Virus record (IMG/VR): IMGVR_UViG_3300043432_000238
Coordinates: 1-64,000 of that record
Length of the DNA stretch: 64,000 nt
DNA from: a virus
Taxonomy: Duplodnaviria; Caudoviricetes
Direction: 5' to 3' (one strand)
The notes under the pieces were generated by a model that worked only from the letters and a program-made list of their open reading frames with translations, did not search any database and was not told the DNA's origin. Position numbers and translations under genes: made by a program. Of this stretch, positions 46,445 through 54,848 are shown one piece after another (the first letter of the stretch is position 1; the number at the start of each line of letters is the position of its first letter).

Positions 46445-46826
46445 GGACGCGGTTCGCGTCTATCGCTGGCACATCGAGAAGCGCTCCGGGCTCCGCATTA
46501 AGGCGGGACTGCCGACGGACGGCTGGAAGCGCAGTCTCGACGACTACCTCCAATCGGCGAGCGCGCTCGCCGGCTGCATGCGCCGGCAGGGCTTCTTTCG
46601 CGGCGGTGCCATTCCCGTCGATCCGGACGGCGAGCTCCTGGGCGGCGCTCATCGTTTGGCCTGCGCACTGGCGCTCGGCATTGCCGAAGTGCCGGTGACC
46701 CGCGATCAGCGCCGGGTGTGGGCGCCGGCTTGGGGTGAAGCGTGGTTCCGGGACAATGAGATGGCCGTCGAGGATATCGTCAGGCTCAGGCGTGACTGGC
46801 TGGCTTTGTATTCGGGCCAGCATTGA
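46278..46826 (+). CDS. ParB/sulfiredoxin-like domain protein (start uncertain)
   Basis: IPVDPDGELLGGAHRLACALALG. Confidence 0.65.
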   Translation: MSEASPSSRSMSSISSSTLPGLICSTLPTGSLVTPRRFDLAVKWRLFRHLLHGGDEDAVRVYRWHIEKRSGLRIKAGLPTDGWKRSLDDYLQSASALAGCMRRQGFFRGGAIPVDPDGELLGGAHRLACALALGIAEVPVTRDQRRVWAPAWGEAWFRDNEMAVEDIVRLRRDWLALYSGQH

Positions 46827-48448
46827 CATCAGCCACACTCGCCGACCTTCAGGCCATTGAGCGCCTGATCGAAGGACTGCCGCCGGAAAGCCGCAAGGCG
46901 CTCGAAAGCATCCCCGCGATCAGGGAACGGCTCGGCAAGTGGCGGCCAAACCCGGGGCCGCAAGAGCAGGCTTATTATTCGAAGGCCGATTGCCTGCTCT
47001 ATGGCGGCCAGCCCGGCGGCGGCAAGACCTCGCTGATTTTGGGCCTGGCCTTCAACGAGCATAAGCGCACGCTGATCATGCGCCGCGAATATGGCGGCCT
47101 CGACCGCATCATCGAGGATGCGCTGAAGATCCATGGCAGCCGCGATGGCTTCAACGGATCGCCGCCGCCCCGGCTGAAAATCGACGGTGACCGCGTGATT
47201 TATTTCCGCGCGGCGCACCGCGTCGGCGATGAGCAGGGCACCATGGGTCAGGGCCGCGATCTGCTCGCCATCGACGAGGCGACGCAATTCGCCGAGAGCC
47301 AGGTCCGCTTCATGATGGGCTGGGTTCGCTCGGAAGATCCGCGCCAGCGCTGCCGCACGGTGCTCGCCACCAATCCGCCGCTCCAAGCCGAGGGTTTGTG
47401 GGTGGTCAAGATGTTCGCGCCCTGGATCGACGAGCGCTACCCAAGGCCGGCGCTGCCCGGCGAATTGCGCTGGGTGGTGTCGGACGCGGAAGGCAACGAC
47501 GAATGGGTCGAGGGAGCGGATGACACGCGCGAGGTGGCCGGCAAGGTCGTCCGGCCGACCTCGCGGACCTATATTCCGGCGTCCACGAAGGACAACCCCT
47601 ATTACGTCGACAGCGACTATGAGCGCCAGCTCGACGCCATGCCGGAGCCGTTCCGCTCATTGCTCATGGGCGGCTTCAAGACGCAGTTCCGCGACGACGA
47701 CAACCAGCTCATCCCCACCGTCTGGGTGAAGGCGGCGCAGGCCAGGTGGAAGGCCGACGGCTGGAAAGAGTTCGATATGACGGCCATGGCGCTCGATCCT
47801 GCGGGCGGCGGTCCCGACAAGGGCGTGCTCGCCTGGCGTCATGGAGGCTGGTACGCGCCGCTCGTCGTCATCCGCGCGGATCAGGATGGCGATAGCGACG
47901 ATCCGAACGCATCCGCAGAACGAGCGATGCTTCGTGCTTCGAAAATGGCCGCCAGCGTCATCATGCATCGCCGCGCGAGCGCTCCGGTAATCGTCGATAT
48001 GGGCGGCGGCTATGGCGGCGATGTCTCGGCGCGGCTGAAAGAAAACGGCATCGCCTATCAAAGCTTCAACGGCGCCGAGAAATCGACCTTCATCGGCAAG
48101 GAGGGCGTCCGCTATGTCAATCGCCGCGCTCTCGCCTGGTGGCAGTTTCGTGACGAGCTCAATCCGGATCGCGAGGGCGGCTCGCTGATCGCCTTGCCGA
48201 ACGATCCTGAGCTCCTCGCCGACCTGACCGCGCCGCGGTTCGAGATGACGCGGGCCGGCGTCAAGATCGAGGACAAGGACGAGATCAAGAAACGGCTGGG
48301 CCGCTCGCCGGACAAGGGCGACGCTGCGGTGATGTGTCTCGCACCCGGTAACAAGGCCGTGAAACGCGTCGAGGCAATGCTTTCGCGCGGCGGCAAGCCG
48401 CTTCAGGCCAAGCTCGGCTATGCCAGCGCAAAAAGGGGAAAACGATAG
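46823..48448 (+). CDS. terL: terminase large subunit
   Basis: LYGGQPGGGKT, AIDEATQF, ATNPP, ALDPAGGGPD, SPDKGDA. Confidence 0.93.
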   Translation: MTSATLADLQAIERLIEGLPPESRKALESIPAIRERLGKWRPNPGPQEQAYYSKADCLLYGGQPGGGKTSLILGLAFNEHKRTLIMRREYGGLDRIIEDALKIHGSRDGFNGSPPPRLKIDGDRVIYFRAAHRVGDEQGTMGQGRDLLAIDEATQFAESQVRFMMGWVRSEDPRQRCRTVLATNPPLQAEGLWVVKMFAPWIDERYPRPALPGELRWVVSDAEGNDEWVEGADDTREVAGKVVRPTSRTYIPASTKDNPYYVDSDYERQLDAMPEPFRSLLMGGFKTQFRDDDNQLIPTVWVKAAQARWKADGWKEFDMTAMALDPAGGGPDKGVLAWRHGGWYAPLVVIRADQDGDSDDPNASAERAMLRASKMAASVIMHRRASAPVIVDMGGGYGGDVSARLKENGIAYQSFNGAEKSTFIGKEGVRYVNRRALAWWQFRDELNPDREGGSLIALPNDPELLADLTAPRFEMTRAGVKIEDKDEIKKRLGRSPDKGDAAVMCLAPGNKAVKRVEAMLSRGGKPLQAKLGYASAKRGKR

Positions 48449-48670
48449 ATGTCGAACATGTTCGGCGGGCCTTCCGCCAGTGCCGCCGCGGCCGCGGCGC
48501 CGTCCAGGGCCCGCACGCTCCGCGTGGCCCCGCAGAACGATCCTGCCGCGGTCGCGGCGGCTCAGCGCACACAGCAGACCGCCGCCGCGACCGGCCGCGG
48601 GCTCTCGACCATCCTCACCGACCAGGTGAAGCAGCTGACCGGCTCCAGCGGCCAGAAGCTGGGCGCCTGA
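48449..48670 (+). CDS. small virion protein, tandem paralog A (T7 gp7.3-like position)
   Basis: Shares DP...AAAQRT.Q...G.LSTILTDQ...QKLGA with the next ORF. Confidence 0.65.
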   Translation: MSNMFGGPSASAAAAAAPSRARTLRVAPQNDPAAVAAAQRTQQTAAATGRGLSTILTDQVKQLTGSSGQKLGA

Positions 48671-48705
48671 CCTTTCGATTTCCAAGACCAAAGGGGAACA
48701 TCATC

Positions 48706-48918
48706 ATGACGGCCTTATTTGGCGGCGGCGACGTGAAGCAGCCCGAGCCCACCTCGCCCAAAACCATCCGCATGCCGACGCAGGACGATCCGGACGTGCT
48801 CGCCGCCGCCCAAAGGACGCGCCAGGCGGCGCTGGCGCGGACCGGCCGGCTGTCGACCATCCTCACCGACCAGACCAAGGCGACGACAGGCGGCGCCAGC
48901 CAGAAACTGGGGGCTTGA
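48706..48918 (+). CDS. small virion protein, tandem paralog B
   Basis: As above; directly upstream of the portal. Confidence 0.7.
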   Translation: MTALFGGGDVKQPEPTSPKTIRMPTQDDPDVLAAAQRTRQAALARTGRLSTILTDQTKATTGGASQKLGA

Positions 48919-48927
48919 CCCTTGGCC

Positions 48928-50655
48928 ATGGACAGCCGCGCCAAGGAAGTCGTCCGCATGGGCGACAAGCTGTTCAGCGACAAATACCAGTTGAACAGCT
49001 TGCACCAGGAACTTGCGCTCAACTTCTATCCCGAGCGCGCCGACTTCACCAACAAGCGCAATATCGGCGATGAATATGCCGATCACCTGTTCTCGTCCTT
49101 TCCGGTGATGGCGAGGCGCGAATTCGGCAATATGCTCGACGAGTTCCTGTTTCCCGACAAGTTCTTCTCGATCCATGTCGACGACGAGGAACTCGATGAG
49201 GGCGACGCCGAGCGGGCGTTTCTGGAGCGGCTGACCAACATCATGTACCGGGCGATGACGGACCCGGCGGCCAATCTGATCATCGCCCGCGGCCAGACCA
49301 ACCATGATTTTGCGACCTTCGGCGATGGCGTCATCAAATTCGGGCTGAACGTCGCACGCGATGCACTGCTCTATACCAACTACCACCTGCGCGACTGCGC
49401 CTGGACGGACAATGCCGAGGGCCGCACCGACCTTCTGCATCGCGACTGGAACCCCAGCGCACGCCAGCTTTCCTCGCATTTCAAGGACAAGGTCTCCGGC
49501 GACGTCAAGCGCGCGCTGGAGAAAGATCCCGACAAGAGGTTCCCCTGCCGCCATGTGGTGCTGCCCTCGCGCATCTACCGCTATCAGTCCAAGGGCGGCA
49601 AGGATTTCGATTTCGTCTCGCTCTATGTCGAATGCGAGAGCGAAACCGTGCTCGAAGAGGTCGGCCTCAACTATTTCTGCTATGTCGTACCGCACTGGCA
49701 GCGCGTCTCGGGCTCGCAATATTCCTCCTCGATGGCGACCAGCATCCTGCTCCCCGATGGGCGCACCATGCAGGTGGTGATGCGCACCATCCGCGAGGCC
49801 GGCGAGAAATATGTCGACCCGCCGATGATCGCGGTCGGCGAGGCCATTCGCGGCGATCTCGGCCTCTATGCCGGCGGCGTCACCAATGTCGATGCCGAAT
49901 ATGACGAGCGCCTCGGCGAGGTGCTGCGGCCCATCACCCGCGACCGCGGCGGCTTTCCGATCGGCAAGGAGGTCGCCGGCGCCCTCAGGGACGACATCAC
50001 CAAGGGCTGGTTCCTCGACAAGATCAAGCTGCCGGAGACCAGCTACCAGATGACGGCGACGCAGGTGCGCCGCATCATCCAGGAGCATATCCGCGCCGCC
50101 GGCCCGATCTCCAAGCCGATCCAGGCGTCCTACAACTATCCGCTCTGCGACGGCACCTTCCAGCTCCTGTCGCTGGAGAAGGTCTTCCCCTTCGAGCAGA
50201 TGCCGCAAAGCTTGCAGGGCCGCGATCTGAAATTCAAATTCCGCTCGCCGCTCGACGAGCTGGTGGAGCAGAACGAGGCCGACACCTATGTCGACGTCCG
50301 CGACCGCATCTATCTGCCCGCGATCCAGCTCGACCCGAGCCTGAAGGAGATCGTCGATCTGGAGGCATCGACGCGCGATGCCATGCGCTCGGCCGGCTGG
50401 CAGGCGAAATGGTTCAAGCCGAAAGAGGCCGTCGCCGGCGCGCGCCAGCAACAGGCGCAGCAGCAGCAGCTGTCCGAGTTGGCGGGCCAGGTCAGCACCG
50501 CAGGCCAAGTGGCGCAGGAAGCCGGCAAGGGCGTCGATGCCTTGATGACCGCAGGCCAGCCGAAGGGCGGGGCAGGCGGCTCGCCGCAAGCGCTGATGCA
50601 GCAGATGCAGCAGCAACAGGCGATGCAGCGCCTGCTCGGTCAGCAGGGGGCCTAA
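48928..50655 (+). CDS. portal (head-tail connector), T7/BPP-1-like
   Basis: Size, position and motifs (FGDG, VDPP, MTATQV..I). Confidence 0.88.
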   Translation: MDSRAKEVVRMGDKLFSDKYQLNSLHQELALNFYPERADFTNKRNIGDEYADHLFSSFPVMARREFGNMLDEFLFPDKFFSIHVDDEELDEGDAERAFLERLTNIMYRAMTDPAANLIIARGQTNHDFATFGDGVIKFGLNVARDALLYTNYHLRDCAWTDNAEGRTDLLHRDWNPSARQLSSHFKDKVSGDVKRALEKDPDKRFPCRHVVLPSRIYRYQSKGGKDFDFVSLYVECESETVLEEVGLNYFCYVVPHWQRVSGSQYSSSMATSILLPDGRTMQVVMRTIREAGEKYVDPPMIAVGEAIRGDLGLYAGGVTNVDAEYDERLGEVLRPITRDRGGFPIGKEVAGALRDDITKGWFLDKIKLPETSYQMTATQVRRIIQEHIRAAGPISKPIQASYNYPLCDGTFQLLSLEKVFPFEQMPQSLQGRDLKFKFRSPLDELVEQNEADTYVDVRDRIYLPAIQLDPSLKEIVDLEASTRDAMRSAGWQAKWFKPKEAVAGARQQQAQQQQLSELAGQVSTAGQVAQEAGKGVDALMTAGQPKGGAGGSPQALMQQMQQQQAMQRLLGQQGA

Positions 50656-50658
50656 CGG

Positions 50659-50991
50659 TTGAGCAAGCACGAAATCTGGCATCCGCCGCTCTATGAGAAG
50701 CAGGATGTTGCCGCCATCCAGTCGCTCGAGCGTTATGCCCGCACGGCGGGTTTGACGCCCCGCCCCGGCGAAGACTTCACGGCGCCATCGGCCGAGCAGA
50801 TCAGGCGTTCGCTCGATTGGATCATCCACCAGGCTTGCGGCACCTATGACGAGCCGTTCGTTCCCGGCCGTCCAGATGTGCGCGACTACCTGCTCGGCCG
50901 GCGCTCGGTCGGCCTGGCGATCGTAAAACTGACCAAGCTCAACATCGGCAAGGTCTTTCGCGGCAAGGACGATTTCAGCGAACAGGGATGA
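50659..50991 (+). CDS. hypothetical protein (conserved between portal and scaffold)
   Basis: F..GRRSVGL motif; position. Confidence 0.65.
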   Translation: MSKHEIWHPPLYEKQDVAAIQSLERYARTAGLTPRPGEDFTAPSAEQIRRSLDWIIHQACGTYDEPFVPGRPDVRDYLLGRRSVGLAIVKLTKLNIGKVFRGKDDFSEQG

Positions 50992-51170
50992 CCGACATGG
51001 CGAACGCGATGCCGAAAATGGACAAGGGATACCAGGCCGAATGCGACCTCGGAACCTTAATCGAGGCCGAGAAGATCAAGCGCGACAAACCGCGCTTTAA
51101 AGCCGCTTTGGCCAAGCGCAAGGAACGGATGGCGGCAATGGCCGCAATCGATGAAGAGAAGGGTGAATGA
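50988..51170 (+). CDS. small hypothetical protein
   Basis: Coupled ORF. Confidence 0.55.
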   Translation: MTDMANAMPKMDKGYQAECDLGTLIEAEKIKRDKPRFKAALAKRKERMAAMAAIDEEKGE

Positions 51171-52243
51171 GCATGCGATGGAGGTGGGACCAGCCGATGA
51201 TGGCGCCGTGGAGCGATGATGGCGCACCGAGCTTCAGCGCCGACGATCTCGCTCTGGTGGCGGACGATGATGCCAGTGACGATGCCGGCGATAAAGCGGC
51301 CGCGGACAAGACGCCGCCCGCGGCCGGTGCGGAAAAAGCCGGCGACGACAAGACCGGCAAAACCATCGCCGGCGGCGAGGAGACCAAAGAGCCCGAGCCC
51401 AAGAAAGCTTATTGGCCCGAGGATTGGCGCGAGAAGGCTGCCGAGCATCTGGCGGCCGGCGACAAGAAGATCTACGAGAAGGAGCTTCGCCGGCTTCAGC
51501 GCATCTCGGACCCGGCCAGCGTCTATGGTCTCTACCGCGAGGCCGAGAGCCGCCTGACCAGCGGCGGCTTGATCAAGATGCCCGGCAAGGACGCCAAGCC
51601 CGAGGACGTCGCCGCCTTCCACAAGGCGCTCGGCGTGCCGGAGAAGGCCGAGGAGTATCTGAAAGATCTCCAGCTCGACAATGGCGCCGTGGTCGGCGAG
51701 GCCGACAAGCCCTTCGTCGACGGCGTTCTCGGCGCGATCCATGCAGCCGGCGCCACGCCCCAGGTCGCCAAGGCGATGCTGAACTGGTATTACGCCGAGC
51801 AGGAAAAACAGGCCGCCGATCTCGACGAGGCCGACGACGATTTCCGGCGCGAAGCAGAGACGGCGCTGAAGGACGAGTTTGGACCCTCCTTCCGCCGCTC
51901 GGTCAACGCCATCGCGCCGCTGTTCGCCGCCGCGCCCGGCGGCGCCGATATCACCAATGAGGGCTCGCTCTATGCGCGGCTGATGGGCGGGCGCACCGCC
52001 GATGGCCGCGTGATCGGCAACGATCCCGACATGGTGCGCTTCCTGATCGGGCTCGCCCGCGAGGTCAACCCGGCTGCGACCATCACCGAGGACGGCGACC
52101 AGAGCGGCAAGACCATCGATGCCGAGCTGGCCGACATCCAGAAGCTGCGCACCAGCGAGCCGAAGCGATATTGGAGCGCTGCCGTGCAGGCGCGCGAGCT
52201 GGAGCTGATCACCGCCCAGCAGAAGATGAAGGCGAGAGCCTGA
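51167..52243 (+). CDS. capsid scaffolding protein
   Basis: Acidic, WPEDWRE, ALGVPE; upstream of the capsid gene. Confidence 0.75.
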   Translation: MSMRWRWDQPMMAPWSDDGAPSFSADDLALVADDDASDDAGDKAAADKTPPAAGAEKAGDDKTGKTIAGGEETKEPEPKKAYWPEDWREKAAEHLAAGDKKIYEKELRRLQRISDPASVYGLYREAESRLTSGGLIKMPGKDAKPEDVAAFHKALGVPEKAEEYLKDLQLDNGAVVGEADKPFVDGVLGAIHAAGATPQVAKAMLNWYYAEQEKQAADLDEADDDFRREAETALKDEFGPSFRRSVNAIAPLFAAAPGGADITNEGSLYARLMGGRTADGRVIGNDPDMVRFLIGLAREVNPAATITEDGDQSGKTIDAELADIQKLRTSEPKRYWSAAVQARELELITAQQKMKARA

Positions 52244-52471
52244 ACCCTATCGGCGTTTGCCGCTCGCGGTGAACGTTCGTCTCTGATCGCCCTGCCCGGA
52301 CAACCCGACATAATCGGCGCCGGATAGGCGGTCATCCACCCACCCGTCACGAACGCGCTCCTGGATGCGTTAGCGGCGCCTGCCTCCGGGCGGGACAATC
52401 CGTGCACGCATCGGAAGGAGACAACCGGAACGGACGGCATCTCAGCAACCATTATATGAGGTGCCAAACCT

Positions 52472-53305
52472 ATGGCAGAGAATGCCCCTCAGATTCAGTA
52501 TCGACAACAACTCGTTGCCGGTTTTGAAGAGGGAATGTCCTGGCTTCGGCAGACGACCGTCACCGAGGCTGTGATCAAGGGGAATCAGGCCACATTTCTG
52601 GTCGGAGACTCCGGCGGCGCCAGCGCCGTCACCCGCGGTATCAACGGCCTGATCCCGGCGCGAGCCGACAATCTGAGCCAGCCGACCGCGACGCTCGTCG
52701 AATGGCATGACCTGGTCCGCAAGACCCGGTTCAACATCTTCGAGTCCCAGGGCGACCAGAAAGCCCTGATGCAATCGACGACCCGCAAGGTTCTCAACCG
52801 CCGCATCGATGCCGACGTCATCGCGCAGATGGATACGGCGACCAACAACCTCGGCGCAGCGACGACGTTCTCGCTGTCGATCGTGGCGAAAGCCTCGGTC
52901 ACTCTCGGCGAGAACGAGGTTCCGGTCGAGGAGGAGAACAACATGTTCGCGGTCTGCACCCCTGCGGTCCGCGGCTACTTCATGCAGATCCCGGAAGGCA
53001 TCAAGATCGACTATGTCGATCTGAAATACCTCGCCGGGCCGGTCCGCCGCACCATGCGCTGGGGTGGTTTCAACTGGATCTTCCACCCGAACCTGACCGG
53101 GGTGGGGACGGCCGCCGAGCTGTGCTACTTCTTCCACCGCGACAGCCTTGGAAGCGCTTTCGACTCGGGCGAGGGCCTCAACACCGCCATCGGGTACAAT
53201 GACGAGCAGGATTATTCCTATGCCCGCGCGTCATCGTTCACCGGGGCGAAGATCCTGCAACAGTCCGGCATCGTGCAGTTCAAGCACGACGCTTCGGCGA
53301 TCTAA
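52472..53305 (+). CDS. major capsid protein
   Basis: Position after scaffold; QYRQQ...F...S.LR.TV; 277 aa. Confidence 0.85.
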   Translation: MAENAPQIQYRQQLVAGFEEGMSWLRQTTVTEAVIKGNQATFLVGDSGGASAVTRGINGLIPARADNLSQPTATLVEWHDLVRKTRFNIFESQGDQKALMQSTTRKVLNRRIDADVIAQMDTATNNLGAATTFSLSIVAKASVTLGENEVPVEEENNMFAVCTPAVRGYFMQIPEGIKIDYVDLKYLAGPVRRTMRWGGFNWIFHPNLTGVGTAAELCYFFHRDSLGSAFDSGEGLNTAIGYNDEQDYSYARASSFTGAKILQQSGIVQFKHDASAI

Positions 53306-53318
53306 GGAGGGCTGACAC

Positions 53319-53594
53319 ATGGCAAACTATCAGTCCGCCAACTTCAACCTTCGCAGCCAGTCGATCGCCGGCCGCAAGGAATGGGTCTACGAGGACACTG
53401 GACCGATCGCCGACGTGATCGCCTCCGGCTTCGTCTCCGACGGAGCGCAGAAGGGCGCAAGCGTGGGGGATTTCGTGAAATATTACGATACCTCGCGCGG
53501 CATCTGGTACGGCCTTCGGGTGAGTGCCCGAAGCGATACCGGCGCCACCCAGCTCACGCTCGACGGCCAGGTGATCATCGGCGATACGAGCTGA
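53319..53594 (+). CDS. capsid decoration/cement-like protein with 2 DTG motifs
   Basis: Directly after the capsid gene, before the terminator. Confidence 0.65.
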   Translation: MANYQSANFNLRSQSIAGRKEWVYEDTGPIADVIASGFVSDGAQKGASVGDFVKYYDTSRGIWYGLRVSARSDTGATQLTLDGQVIIGDTS

Positions 53595-53614
53595 TCGTCT
53601 CGCTTGGCGACATC

Positions 53615-53648
53615 AGGGCGGCTCCTCATCGGGCCGCCCTTTTTCTTT
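53615..53648 (+). terminator. intrinsic terminator after capsid genes
   Basis: AGGGCGGC-N10-GCCGCCCT followed by TTTTCTTT. Confidence 0.85.
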
Positions 53649-53667
53649 CTACCATCAGGGAATTCTC

Positions 53668-54180
53668 ATGTCCGAAACCACGACCGTCCCGCCGAAGCCG
53701 GCGAGGACCGCATCGCCGCTTGCCGCCACCTCTGCTGCTGCCCAGCCGGCCGCCAAGGCGCCGGAGCAGACACTGCGCGCCACCAAGCCGAAATGTTTTG
53801 CGCCCTCCTCGCTCAAGCCTCTCGGCTATGGCGAGACCGAGATCATGACGCTGACCGTGCCGGAAGGCTGGCGCTTCGATGAGGTCATGAAGAGCGTCGC
53901 CTGGGTGAGCGTGGTCGGCCCGATCGCCGCCAACGCCATCAAGACCCAGATCGACCGCATCGGCTCGCTGATCTACGTCAACACCGCCGACAACCGCTTC
54001 ATGGCCTGGCTGCGCATCACCAGGATCGTGCGAGACGAACTAAAGAATGCCTGCGGCCTGGAGGCGCTGTGCATCGGTCCGGCGATCGATCTCAAGACCG
54101 GCCGGCCCTGCCCGATGGACCTGAAGACGGGTCTCGCCTGGGTCGATCCGGAGCTGCCCAAGGAAGCGGCTGCGGCGTAA
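53668..54180 (+). CDS. hypothetical protein
   Basis: ORF in the virion module. Confidence 0.65.
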   Translation: MSETTTVPPKPARTASPLAATSAAAQPAAKAPEQTLRATKPKCFAPSSLKPLGYGETEIMTLTVPEGWRFDEVMKSVAWVSVVGPIAANAIKTQIDRIGSLIYVNTADNRFMAWLRITRIVRDELKNACGLEALCIGPAIDLKTGRPCPMDLKTGLAWVDPELPKEAAAA

Positions 54181-54202
54181 GCGCACATAGAGGAGGCGGG
54201 TA

Positions 54203-54844
54203 GTGACGACCAAACTGGCGATCTTCAACGCCGCGCTCGACGAGCTCGGCGAGACCAATGTCTCGGACACCGGCGAGGCGATCGAATCCGCGCGCGTTCT
54301 GGCGCGCCGTTACGACCGCGTGGTCGCAGACTGCCTGTCGGCCGGCTCCTGGAACTTTGCCATGGAGACCATCCAGGCCGATGCCGATACCGGCGTCACG
54401 CCGTCCTTCGGCTACGCCAAGGTCTTCGCCAAGCCATCGGACTGGGTGAACACCGTGGCGATCTCGGCCGACCCGTATTTCACCTTCCCGCTGACGCAAT
54501 ATGTCGACGACGTCAATTTCTGGTCGTCGGATTATACGCCGATCTATGTGCGCTACGTCTCGAACGATACCGGGCTCGGCCTCGAGCTGGCGCGCTGGAC
54601 ACCGGCCTTCATCCGGTTCGTCGAGCTGGAGCTCGCCGATCGCTGCTGCATCAAGATCACGCAGAGCGAGACGACGAAGGAGCGGGTCGCCAAAGACCTG
54701 AAGAAGGCGAGGACCAAGGCGCTGGCTCAGGATGCCCTCAACGAGCCGCAGCCGAAATTTCCCCCGCCCGGCTCCTGGTCGATGTCGCGTTCCGGCCGCA
54801 TCGGCCTGCGCGACCGCGGCAACCGCAACTCGCTGATCGGCTGA
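54203..54844 (+). CDS. tail tubular protein A (adaptor), 3 DTG motifs
   Basis: IFNAALDELG...WNFA...F.Y.F.KPSD...F..FVELELA. Confidence 0.82.
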   Translation: MTTKLAIFNAALDELGETNVSDTGEAIESARVLARRYDRVVADCLSAGSWNFAMETIQADADTGVTPSFGYAKVFAKPSDWVNTVAISADPYFTFPLTQYVDDVNFWSSDYTPIYVRYVSNDTGLGLELARWTPAFIRFVELELADRCCIKITQSETTKERVAKDLKKARTKALAQDALNEPQPKFPPPGSWSMSRSGRIGLRDRGNRNSLIG

Positions 54845-54848
54845 TCCC

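Noticed and set aside
48715-50829. Long antisense ORFs (704 aa opposite the portal; also 39632-40825, 42599-43618, 57060-58253, 61332-62642)
   Set aside because: Typical high-GC shadow frames opposite well-supported genes.
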